38,299 bases of DNA from an uncultured Methanosarcinales archaeon (GTDB taxonomy: Archaea > Nanobdellota > Nanobdellia > Woesearchaeales > CAYSVS01). The stretch spans positions 1-38,299 of the forward strand of contig CAZPRK010000008.1 of assembly GCA_964589485.1 (NCBI GenBank), in the 5' to 3' direction. Each line of letters opens with the position of its first letter. Within the stretch, counting starts at the first letter, position 1. Position numbers and translations under genes: made by a program. The notes under the pieces were generated by a model. The model had not been told where the DNA came from. It ran no database searches and saw only the letters and a program-made list of their open reading frames with translations. Below, piece after piece: positions 27,951 through 36,853 of the stretch.

Positions 27951-29750
27951 ATGTTAGACTATGGACTTATTGGGAACTGTAACACTTCAGCGTTAGTTAA
28001 AAAAAACGCTTCAATAGGTTGGATGTGTTTCCCTACTTTTTCTTCTCCTAGTATTTTTGGTAAATTGCTTGATAAAAAGAAAGGAGGGTCTATGGAAGTT
28101 ATTCCTATTGGAAAATATAATATAAATCAGAAATATATTCCTAATACAGCTGTTTTAGAAACTACTTTTTCAAACAAAAATAATGCTTTTATAGTTATAG
28201 ACTTTTTCCCTAGATATAAATCATTATTATATAAAAAACATGCCAGATTACTGAAACAAAATACTTTAATTAGAATTATTAAACCATTAAGTGGTGAACC
28301 TAAGATCAAAATTAAATATGATCCGAAGCCTAATTATGCATTATCTAAGTGTAATATTATTAGCCATACAGATATAGTAACTTGTTCATTAGAAAGTTTT
28401 AATCTTCATTCTAATATTGACCACCACTTAATCACAAATTCTGAAGAATTTATTTTACATAAAACTAAATACATTTCAGTAGGTAAATCTATTGACAAAA
28501 TGTCAATAAAAAGAGCTAATGACATTATGAAAAGAACTATAGCTTATTGGAAAGAGTGGACAGGGACTTTAACTGTTCCAAATACACATAAAGAAGTTAT
28601 CATTAGGTCAGCAATCACTTTAAAGCTTTTAACTTATAGCCCAACTGGAGCTATAATAGCAGCACCAACAACATCTATTCCTGAAGAAATTAAAACAAAT
28701 AGAACATGGGATTATAGATATTGTTGGGTTAGAGACTCGGCATTATGCGTTGATGCTCTAAAAAAATTAGGAAGAGATCATGAAGCTAAAAAGTTAATTT
28801 CTTTTATCATTAATAGAGTTATGGAAGATGATTATGTTCCTATACTTTATGGAATCAATGGAGAAACAAAATTAACTGAGATTACTTTAAAGCATTTATC
28901 TGGATATAAAAATTCAAAACCAGTCAGAATTGGTAATGCAGCATACAAACAATTACAACATGACATTTATGGAGAAATTCTAGATATCATGTATCTGTAT
29001 TTTGTATATTATGAATATGAAAAAAAAATAAGTAGAAAATATTGGAGATTTATTAGATTTATTGTAAACCAAATTAAATTTTGCTGGGAACGACCTGACT
29101 CAGGAATTTGGGAATTTAGAGGAGAATACAAACATTATACTCACTCCAAATTCATGTGTTATACTGGTTTAGACAGAGCTATTAAAATTGCTAAGCATTA
29201 TAAAAAAGATCAATTCGTGGAAGAATGGACTAAATTAGCTGAAGAAATTAAACAAAATATAATTCAAAATGGATATAATAAAAAAATAAAATCATTTACA
29301 ATGTATTATGGGGGGAAAGAATTAGACGCTGCATTATTGCATATGACATATCATGAATTTTTAGAAAAAGATAATCCTATGATAGTTAATACCGTTAAAA
29401 CAATTGACAAAGAACTTAGAACTGGAAATTTTGTTCAAAGATATAAAATTCAAGATGACTTCGGAAAAAGTAAAAGTACTTTTACTATTTGCGCTTTTTG
29501 GCTAATAGAAGCACTGCATTATATTGGTAAAGAAAAAAAAGCTCAAAATATGTTTCGTAAATTAACTAAAAATGCAAACCATTTAGGTTTATTCTCCGAA
29601 GATATAGATATTAAAACAAAAGAATTAACTGGGAATTTTCCTCAAGCTTACACCCACATTGCATTAATCAATGCTGCAATATTATTAAGCGAATGGTCTG
29701 TTAAAAGAAAAAAAATTGAATTAATCGAAAGAAAAAAGCAGTTATTCTAA
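27951..29750 (+). CDS. glycoside hydrolase family 15 (trehalase/glucoamylase-like)
   Basis: DYGLIGN, AAPTTSIPE, WDYRYCWVRD, VRIGNAA..QLQHDIYGE, PDSGIWE.R, GLFSED, GNFPQAYTH. Confidence 0.93.
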   Translation: MLDYGLIGNCNTSALVKKNASIGWMCFPTFSSPSIFGKLLDKKKGGSMEVIPIGKYNINQKYIPNTAVLETTFSNKNNAFIVIDFFPRYKSLLYKKHARLLKQNTLIRIIKPLSGEPKIKIKYDPKPNYALSKCNIISHTDIVTCSLESFNLHSNIDHHLITNSEEFILHKTKYISVGKSIDKMSIKRANDIMKRTIAYWKEWTGTLTVPNTHKEVIIRSAITLKLLTYSPTGAIIAAPTTSIPEEIKTNRTWDYRYCWVRDSALCVDALKKLGRDHEAKKLISFIINRVMEDDYVPILYGINGETKLTEITLKHLSGYKNSKPVRIGNAAYKQLQHDIYGEILDIMYLYFVYYEYEKKISRKYWRFIRFIVNQIKFCWERPDSGIWEFRGEYKHYTHSKFMCYTGLDRAIKIAKHYKKDQFVEEWTKLAEEIKQNIIQNGYNKKIKSFTMYYGGKELDAALLHMTYHEFLEKDNPMIVNTVKTIDKELRTGNFVQRYKIQDDFGKSKSTFTICAFWLIEALHYIGKEKKAQNMFRKLTKNANHLGLFSEDIDIKTKELTGNFPQAYTHIALINAAILLSEWSVKRKKIELIERKKQLF

Positions 29751-29752
29751 AA

Positions 29753-30460
29753 TTATATAATTGACCAAATCATATACGAACCTAATGCTAGTAAAAACAA
29801 ACCAATCCCTAACCTCATTAATCCACGATGTTCCTTTCTCCATTTTTCAAGTGATTTTGATGTTTTGCCAAAATATACTAACCCAACTAAAACAAATAAA
29901 GGTAAAATAAATATTAAATTATATAATAACAATAATGGAACTCCGGAAGCATATTGTCCTGATGTAAGTAACCCTATTACTGCTAAATATGGTGCACCCG
30001 TGCATGGCAATTCTACAAAAACTACAAACACCCCAAGTAAAGCTGCAATAGCTAAACTAAGAATTGGATGTTTTGTTTCCATCTTTTTCATCGCTTTCAA
30101 ATATTTTTTTATTCGTTGCGCTCCACCTGAAAACATTTGTAATGTAAATCCTTTCCCATACCAAAAAAAATCTTTTATTTCTATAATTCCAGCTACTATC
30201 GCTACAATGGCAGCAAACCAGTAAAAAGGTGTAGAAAGTCCAGCCGTATAAGTTGCTGCAAATATACCCATCCCTATCAAAAAGTATGTTATATACACAG
30301 CAGCTATATAGATCAAACCTGCAATCAACATTTTAGTTTTATTCTTAAAAACTTTAGTCATATAAGCCATCAAGAATATTAAAACTCCAAAAACACAAGG
30401 GTTTATACTATCAAGTAACGCAGCAGTTACCAATATCCCTATTGTTAATTGTTCAGCCAT
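29753..30460 (-). CDS. CcdA/DsbD-like transmembrane disulfide transporter
   Basis: About six TM helices with DSINPC and VELPCTGAPY Cys motifs. Start refined to MAEQL. Confidence 0.8.
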   Translation of the reverse strand: MAEQLTIGILVTAALLDSINPCVFGVLIFLMAYMTKVFKNKTKMLIAGLIYIAAVYITYFLIGMGIFAATYTAGLSTPFYWFAAIVAIVAGIIEIKDFFWYGKGFTLQMFSGGAQRIKKYLKAMKKMETKHPILSLAIAALLGVFVVFVELPCTGAPYLAVIGLLTSGQYASGVPLLLLYNLIFILPLFVLVGLVYFGKTSKSLEKWRKEHRGLMRLGIGLFLLALGSYMIWSII

Positions 30461-30468
30461 ATTTATCC

Positions 30469-30561
30469 CTAACAAAATTCACAAACATTCTTTGGTTTTT
30501 TTTTTTTAACAACTTTTTTAACTTTAGTTATCTTCTTTTTTACAACTTTTTTCTTTACCAT
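30469..30561 (-). CDS. 30-aa Lys-rich microprotein with C-terminal CxxC
   Basis: ATG overlaps the upstream TAA (TAATG). MVKKKVVKKKITKVKKVVKKKKPKNVCEFC* fills the operon gap. Confidence 0.6.
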   Translation of the reverse strand: MVKKKVVKKKITKVKKVVKKKKPKNVCEFC

Positions 30562-30938
30562 TATACTTTCTCCATTGAACATCCAGATAATTCTGATAAA
30601 ATTTCTAAAGTTTGATATCCTATTAACCTTTTAGTTTCAATCCCATCTTTTTCTAAAATCCATGTTGGCGTCTTTTGAATATCTTTTTGTAAACAAAGAT
30701 CTGTTTGAGGATTTTTTCCCCTTGGATGACACTCAACTTCACCAATATACTGAAAAGATTCTCCAAATAATGTTTTTTGTTTTGCGCATATTGAACAAGT
30801 CATAGAACCATACATTTTCAAACCTTCATCTTTCAAACATTGCGCAAAAGAATCTAGCTCTGTTACTTCTTTTTGTGAACATCCACTTAAAAGGATTAAT
30901 AACGTTAATGTACTTATTATCAATATGTTTATTTTCAT
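30561..30938 (-). CDS. thioredoxin-fold lipoprotein (type seen with VKOR)
   Basis: LLSGC lipobox; FAQCL....KMYG..TCSIC..QK.LFG, VEC, TPTW, GYQTLE.LSELSGC. Confidence 0.82.
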   Translation of the reverse strand: MKINILIISTLTLLILLSGCSQKEVTELDSFAQCLKDEGLKMYGSMTCSICAKQKTLFGESFQYIGEVECHPRGKNPQTDLCLQKDIQKTPTWILEKDGIETKRLIGYQTLEILSELSGCSMEKV

Positions 30939-31577
30939 TTAACAACCCAAACTTCCTTCAATTGGACATCCTTCACCAGTAAAATCTTTTTTAATTTCTC
31001 CAGGGTTAGGTCCACTTGAAATATAATCTTCTACTTTTGTGTTGTTCCATTCATGTGGATGATTCCATAAAGTCCAAAAGTATCTCCACTCATTCCATCC
31101 TACGCCTAAATGCTTTACATATATTCCATTATCTGCAAGCATTTTCCCAACTTTTCTCCCAGTCATACACGGAATACTATAACAATAAACAATAAATTCT
31201 GCATTTTGGTTTTGTTCTTTCATTTCCTTAAACTGAGAAACTATTCTATCTACTGCGCCATAATCAGAATGATCTCTATCTTTATATGCAGGAACATTTA
31301 CAGCGGTAATAATATGTTCTTCTTCATACTCTTCTTGACTTCTTAAATCAACAATTATAGTATTAGGATCTTCTCCAAGATGTTTTCTTAATCCATGGGG
31401 ACTTACATGAGTAGCTGTTTCTACATCATAGAATTCTTTAATAAGGTTATTTGTTGTTGGTTGTTTATATTCAATTACAAAATAAGCTCCTAATGCTCCA
31501 GATAACAATCCAAAAAATATTGAGATAAGTATTATATTATTAATCAATTTTTTATCTTTCTTAACCAATGTAAACAC
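30939..31577 (-). CDS. membrane-anchored rhodanese-like protein
   Basis: N-terminal TM; IVDLRS.EEY..EHI..AVNVP, IVYCYSIPC, LGVGWNEW. Start may be TTG at 31568 after GAGGTG. Confidence 0.82.
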   Translation of the reverse strand: MFTLVKKDKKLINNIILISIFFGLLSGALGAYFVIEYKQPTTNNLIKEFYDVETATHVSPHGLRKHLGEDPNTIIVDLRSQEEYEEEHIITAVNVPAYKDRDHSDYGAVDRIVSQFKEMKEQNQNAEFIVYCYSIPCMTGRKVGKMLADNGIYVKHLGVGWNEWRYFWTLWNHPHEWNNTKVEDYISSGPNPGEIKKDFTGEGCPIEGSLGC

Positions 31578-31645
31578 CTCTTAAATCTTTAAATAGTTGT
31601 TTTAATATTTAAATTATGCGATTATATTCTTAGTAGATGGTAGTT

Positions 31646-31793
31646 TTATTTTTTAAATTCTTTTGCTATTTGATTAGCTACTTCTTCTCTAGTTTCTTTC
31701 TTTTGTAATCTGAGCAGAATCCTTAAATGTTCTCGGTTTAAGCCTTCTAAAACCATTAAGTAAATTATCAGTAATCGTTTCTAATTGTGCCAT
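31646..31793 (-). other. two overlapping short ORFs (34 aa and 36 aa), possibly one frameshifted gene
   Basis: AGGTGA RBS then MAQLETITDNLLNG... (31793-31689). The +1 frame gives MVLEGLNREHLRILLRLQKKETREEVANQIAKEFKK* (31756-31646). Confidence 0.35.
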
Positions 31794-32058
31794 GTTATCT
31801 CACCTTATAAGTTTAATTTGATTCATAAAAGTAAGATACATATAAGTTTTTAAGTGTTAATTTATTACTTAAAGCTAATTTCATTATTTCCAATATTGAA
31901 AATATATCTAAAAGAATAATTTAAATTCATTTCCACTTCACGAAACACTCTTAAATTAGCTTTTTTTATAAAAAAAGTGTAAAAATAGTTAATTTAATGC
32001 TTTTTTATATAAACAAGATAATAATAAAAAAATAAAGTTGATCGAAAGGAAAAAACAA

Positions 32059-33303
32059 TTATTTTAAAACCAACATCAAATCTCCAACATTAGTTCCTGT
32101 TTTTCCTGTCTTGATAATACTATTAGTTTTTGTTAAAAAAGTATAAGCGTCGTTGTTTTTAAGATATTCTTTATAATTTAAATTTTTTTTATCTGCTAGT
32201 TTATTAGTTTCATTATCAACCACCCCTCCAGCTGCTTCTTCAATGAAATCAACACCATCACTACCACAACTTAAAACTAAACTTTCTTTATTGCTTAACA
32301 TAGAAGATAAAGCTAATTCTTGATTTCTCCCACCTTTGCCATTTCCTTTAACTTTAACTGTAGTTTCACCAGTTGCAATGTAACAAATTCCTTTCTTAGC
32401 TTTTTTAGATAACATTTTTCCAATTGTTTTAGCTTCACCTGTTAAATTAGTTCTCAATACCTTAGCTCTATATCCTAGCTTAATTGCCTTCTGTTTCATT
32501 GCATTTGCAGCTAAAGTATTCGTAATTAATAAAATATTTGTTACATTAGTTAGTTTATTTTTAGGGGTTTCTACAAAATTTTGTTTAGGTATATTATATT
32601 TTTTTAATATTTTATTTGCTTTATTGATTGTTGTTTTATCCAACACTGTAGGTCCTGATGCAATAACATCTAAATTATTTCCCATGACATCACTTACTAT
32701 TAAAGTTATTACTTCTGCTGGATTTGCTAATTTAGCTAATTGCCCCCCCTTAATAAAAGATAAATGTTTTCTTACAATATTAATTTCATGTATTGTAGCT
32801 CCTGAAGATAATAGATTTTTGTTTAGTTCTTTTAATTCACTTAATTTAATCCTAGGATAAGCCAATAAAGCAGAACCACCACCACTAATTAAAGCTATTA
32901 CCAAATCATCTTTTTTTGCATTATTTAATATTGAAACAATCTCTTTTGTAGCTTTAATATTATCTTGACTTGGTAAAGGATGAGTTCCTTTCCTTACTAT
33001 TATTTTTTTTAATTTTTTTGTTCTTGTATCTACAACTAAGCCTTTTGTAATCCTATTACCTAATATTTTTTCCAATGAAGAAGCTAAATCTATAGAAGCT
33101 TTGCCTGCACCAACAACAAATATGTTATTATATTTACTTAAATCCCACTTTTTACCTTGTATTGTTAAAATGTCTTTTTCTAATTTAACTTGATTTTGCA
33201 TAGACTTTTCAATTAATACAGCTTCAATTCCAGAATTAAGAATGTTTAAAGCATCTTTTCTTTGTTTTGAAATTGCTAGTTGTTTATAATTTTTAATTAT
33301 CAT
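32059..33303 (-). CDS. glycerate 2-kinase (MOFRL/TtuD family)
   Basis: VGAGKAS, HPLP, LISGGGSAL, RKHLS.IKGGQL, SDV.G...IASGPT, GETTV...G.G.GGRNQE, SDGVD, TGTNVGD. Confidence 0.93.
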   Translation of the reverse strand: MIIKNYKQLAISKQRKDALNILNSGIEAVLIEKSMQNQVKLEKDILTIQGKKWDLSKYNNIFVVGAGKASIDLASSLEKILGNRITKGLVVDTRTKKLKKIIVRKGTHPLPSQDNIKATKEIVSILNNAKKDDLVIALISGGGSALLAYPRIKLSELKELNKNLLSSGATIHEINIVRKHLSFIKGGQLAKLANPAEVITLIVSDVMGNNLDVIASGPTVLDKTTINKANKILKKYNIPKQNFVETPKNKLTNVTNILLITNTLAANAMKQKAIKLGYRAKVLRTNLTGEAKTIGKMLSKKAKKGICYIATGETTVKVKGNGKGGRNQELALSSMLSNKESLVLSCGSDGVDFIEEAAGGVVDNETNKLADKKNLNYKEYLKNNDAYTFLTKTNSIIKTGKTGTNVGDLMLVLK

Positions 33304-34918
33304 TTTTAATATGAGACATGGCGTATTCTAAATCTCCATGAACTTTTTTTCCTGGATTGAATATATCATTAGGATCAAAGATATCCTTAACTTTTTCAAA
33401 TAATTTCACAACTTTTCTTCCATATTGCTTTTCAACAAAAGGTGTTCGTATCATTCCATCGTTATGTTCAGCCGTTATTGTTCCATTATATTTTATAACT
33501 AAATCAGTAAACTTATCCAAAACTATTGGAATTTTCTTTCTTACATTTTCATCTTTTAAATCCATTAAAGGAATTATATGAAAATTTCCATCTCCTGCAT
33601 GTCCAGCTAAAGTTGGTTTAATATCATATCTTTTGAGTAAGGCATAAAGTTTTGGAAGAAACTTTCCTAAATACTCTGGTTTAACACAAAAATCATCTAC
33701 AAAAGGTGTAGCTTGTTTATCTTTTACTTTACTTCTAAGTAATGCAAAAGACTCCCTTCTCATTATCCAATATTTTTCTCCTTCTTCTTCACTTCTCATA
33801 ACTAAATTAGAAATATTTTTTTTGTTTAATTCTTTACTTAATTCTTCTGCTTTTTCAGTTACTTCTTTTTTAGTATCTCCAGTTAATTCAACCAATACTA
33901 TAAAAACAGGCAAACCTTTAGTTAATGTTAAAATTCCCTCTCTTCTAAATCCCCAGAGAAATGAAAATGAATTTTTCTTAACCTTTTTTGCAATCTCTGG
34001 CATAAATCTTAGCCCCAACATTAAAGTATTTTTATCAAAACTTTCTAAAGATTCTGGCTTGTACTTTAATACAATATTTACAACTTCAGTCATTTTTTTT
34101 AAATCTTTCAGATATACTGTAACTAATCTAGTATACTTATGTTTCTTAACAACATTAACATTACCTTCAACCCATAATCCCAAAGTTCCTTGACTACCTA
34201 CAAAAATTTTACTTAAATCAAAATATTCTCTATCCCAAACACGCCATAATAAGTAACCACAAGAATTTTTATGTACATTTGGCTTAGCTTTTTTTATCAA
34301 ATTATAATTATCTTCACATAATTTATACATATCTCTATATACTTTTCCTTCAAAATTTTTTAACTTCATTTTAGCTTTAAGTTGAGTCTTATTTAGTCTG
34401 CCAAATTCATATAACTTTCCATCAGCTAAAACTACTTTTAACTTATTTACATGATCAACAGTTTGTCCATAATTTAAAGTTTTTTCACTACCTGCATTAT
34501 TGGCAATCATTCCACCTAAAGCACAAATGCTTTTACTTGCTGGATAACTCGGAAAGAAAACTTTAATCTTATTCATTTGTTTTTCTAAATCTCGATAATA
34601 TAATCCTGGCTGGACTACTGCATTTTTTATATTTAATTTTTTAATCTTATTAAGATGTTTAAAATTAACAACAATTGACTCAGTTAATGGCCCACCAGTC
34701 ATATCAGTTCCTGCAGCCCTCCCAGTTAAGGTTGCAGATATGTCTTTTCTGTTGACAAAAGTAACTAATGATTTTACTTGATCATAAGTTTTTGGAAATA
34801 CAACAACACTTGGCTTAACTTCAAAAATAGATGCATCTCTGCTATTTTCTTGTAATATTTTTTGGTTAGTAGAAACATCTCCACTAAATTCTTTTTTTAA
34901 TTTTTGAATCCAAGACAT
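33293..34918 (-). CDS. FAD-linked oxidoreductase (GlcD/D-lactate dehydrogenase family)
   Basis: RAAGT..TGG, VQPG, CALGGMIANNAG, VGSQGTLG, GHAGDGNFH, TAEH.DG..R, FDP..IFNPGK. Confidence 0.9.
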   Translation of the reverse strand: MSWIQKLKKEFSGDVSTNQKILQENSRDASIFEVKPSVVVFPKTYDQVKSLVTFVNRKDISATLTGRAAGTDMTGGPLTESIVVNFKHLNKIKKLNIKNAVVQPGLYYRDLEKQMNKIKVFFPSYPASKSICALGGMIANNAGSEKTLNYGQTVDHVNKLKVVLADGKLYEFGRLNKTQLKAKMKLKNFEGKVYRDMYKLCEDNYNLIKKAKPNVHKNSCGYLLWRVWDREYFDLSKIFVGSQGTLGLWVEGNVNVVKKHKYTRLVTVYLKDLKKMTEVVNIVLKYKPESLESFDKNTLMLGLRFMPEIAKKVKKNSFSFLWGFRREGILTLTKGLPVFIVLVELTGDTKKEVTEKAEELSKELNKKNISNLVMRSEEEGEKYWIMRRESFALLRSKVKDKQATPFVDDFCVKPEYLGKFLPKLYALLKRYDIKPTLAGHAGDGNFHIIPLMDLKDENVRKKIPIVLDKFTDLVIKYNGTITAEHNDGMIRTPFVEKQYGRKVVKLFEKVKDIFDPNDIFNPGKKVHGDLEYAMSHIKNDN

Positions 34919-34920
34919 AA

Positions 34921-35871
34921 CTAATCCCTTTTTAAAACTTTTTTAACAGAATTAATAATATCATTAGATGTTAACCCATATTTTTTCATTAACTCATCGC
35001 CACTTCCAGATTCACCAAAAGTATCTTTAACTCCAACCATTTCAATTTTAATTGGATAGTGTTTAGATAAAACTTCAGCAACTGCACTTCCAAGGCCTCC
35101 ATTAACTTGATGTTCTTCAACTGTTACTATTGCTTTTACTTTTTTTGCCGCACTAACTATAGTTTTAACATCCATTGGTTTTATTGTATGATTATTAATT
35201 ACCATTGCACTTACTCCTTTCTTCTTTAATTTTTCAGCAGCAACTAAAGCTTCATACACCATACTTCCACATGCTATAATACAAACATCCTTTCCTTGTT
35301 TGTATACATCAGCTTTACCTATCTTGAAAGGAGTTTTTTTATCTGTAACAACAGGAGTTTTTTCTCTTCCAAATCTTAAATATACTGGACCTTTAATTTT
35401 TGTACTCGCCATAGTAGCTTTTTCACTTTGTTCACTATCACAAGGAACAACAACTGTCATATTTGGCAAAACTCTTGTAATAGCAATATCTTCCAATGCT
35501 TGATGCGTTGCACCATCTGGACCTACGCTTAATCCAGCATGGGCTCCTTGAATTTTCACATTCAAATTATTATAACAAATGCTTACACGAATCTGATCCC
35601 AATTTCTTCCTGGAGAAAAAACAGCATAGGAACTTATAAAAGGAATTTTTCCAGCTATTGCTAAGCCTGCAGCCAACCCAGCCATATTTTGTTCTTGAAT
35701 TCCACATTCAATAAATCTTTCAGGGTATTTTTCTTTAAACCATCCAACTCTAGTTGAATCTGTTAAATCACAACATAATGCAACAACATTTTTATTCTTG
35801 CCTAACTTAAGCAAACCTTTTCCATATCCATCCCTGGATGCAGCTTTTTTTGGATTATCTATTCCAAACAT
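34921..35871 (-). CDS. transketolase, C-terminal (pyrimidine-binding) subunit
   Basis: GIQEQNM, HAG..VGPDGATHQ, GPVYLR, TIKPMD, VEEH...GGLG. Confidence 0.94.
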   Translation of the reverse strand: MFGIDNPKKAASRDGYGKGLLKLGKNKNVVALCCDLTDSTRVGWFKEKYPERFIECGIQEQNMAGLAAGLAIAGKIPFISSYAVFSPGRNWDQIRVSICYNNLNVKIQGAHAGLSVGPDGATHQALEDIAITRVLPNMTVVVPCDSEQSEKATMASTKIKGPVYLRFGREKTPVVTDKKTPFKIGKADVYKQGKDVCIIACGSMVYEALVAAEKLKKKGVSAMVINNHTIKPMDVKTIVSAAKKVKAIVTVEEHQVNGGLGSAVAEVLSKHYPIKIEMVGVKDTFGESGSGDELMKKYGLTSNDIINSVKKVLKRD

Positions 35872-36743
35872 TTTTCCATAAACTCTTTTGATTTTTCTTG
35901 ATTTAAACCAAGTAAATTTGATTCATGCTGACAAATTTGATGTAACGCAATATTAGCTTCATCTTTATTAGGTGGTTTGCCATGCCATTCATATTTTTTT
36001 TCCATAAACTTAACTCCCTTCCCAGGGATAGTATTAGAAATAATTACAGTTGGTTTTGATTTATGTTGTTTAACAAAAGCTTTCAGAACTTGTTTCATAT
36101 TATTTCCATCAATGCTTATTACATTCCAATTGAAAGCTTTAAACTTATTTTCTAAATTTTCTAATGGCATTACATCATCTGTCCTACCATCTATTTGTAT
36201 ATGATTTCTGTCTACAAAACCTATTAAATTATTCAATTTATTCTTTGCAGCAAACATAAAAGCTTCCCAACATTGACCCTCATTTAACTCTCCATCACCC
36301 ATTGAAAGAAAAACTTTATACTTTTTTTTATCCATCTTTGCAGCGTATGCAATTCCAGCAGCAATTGAAGTTCCTTGCCCCAATGGTCCACCAGAAGCTT
36401 CAATTCCAAGTTTAGGATTTCTATGAGGATGTCCTTGTAAAGAAGATCCTAATTTTCTTAAAGTTTTTAATTTAGATATTGGAAAGTATTTTGAATGAGC
36501 TAAAACCGTATATAATAAAGGACAAATATGTCCATTAGATAAAATTAACCTATCTCTATCTTTCCATAAAGGTTTTTTTGGATTGTGTTTCATTACATTG
36601 AAATACAATGCAGTAAAAACATCGGCCATTCCTAATGGACCAGCACTATGACCAGAGCCAGCCAAAGTTAAACTTTTGATAATATCTTCTCTAACTTTAT
36701 CTGCAAGGATTTCTAACTTCTTAACATCAGTAATTTTACGCAT
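35859..36743 (-). CDS. transketolase, N-terminal (TPP-binding) subunit
   Basis: AGSGH, DRLILSNGH, LQGHP, GDGELNEGQCWEA, N..QIDG, GKGV.FME...WHG. GAGGTG RBS. Confidence 0.94.
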   Translation of the reverse strand: MRKITDVKKLEILADKVREDIIKSLTLAGSGHSAGPLGMADVFTALYFNVMKHNPKKPLWKDRDRLILSNGHICPLLYTVLAHSKYFPISKLKTLRKLGSSLQGHPHRNPKLGIEASGGPLGQGTSIAAGIAYAAKMDKKKYKVFLSMGDGELNEGQCWEAFMFAAKNKLNNLIGFVDRNHIQIDGRTDDVMPLENLENKFKAFNWNVISIDGNNMKQVLKAFVKQHKSKPTVIISNTIPGKGVKFMEKKYEWHGKPPNKDEANIALHQICQHESNLLGLNQEKSKEFMEKCLE

Positions 36744-36853
36744 GATACACCTCTTTAATTAATTTATAAGATTATAATATAAAAAGGTTAGTATTTTCAA
36801 AAACAAAAAGTTTATATTTAATAAAATATAATATATATAATAAGGGGTGAAAA

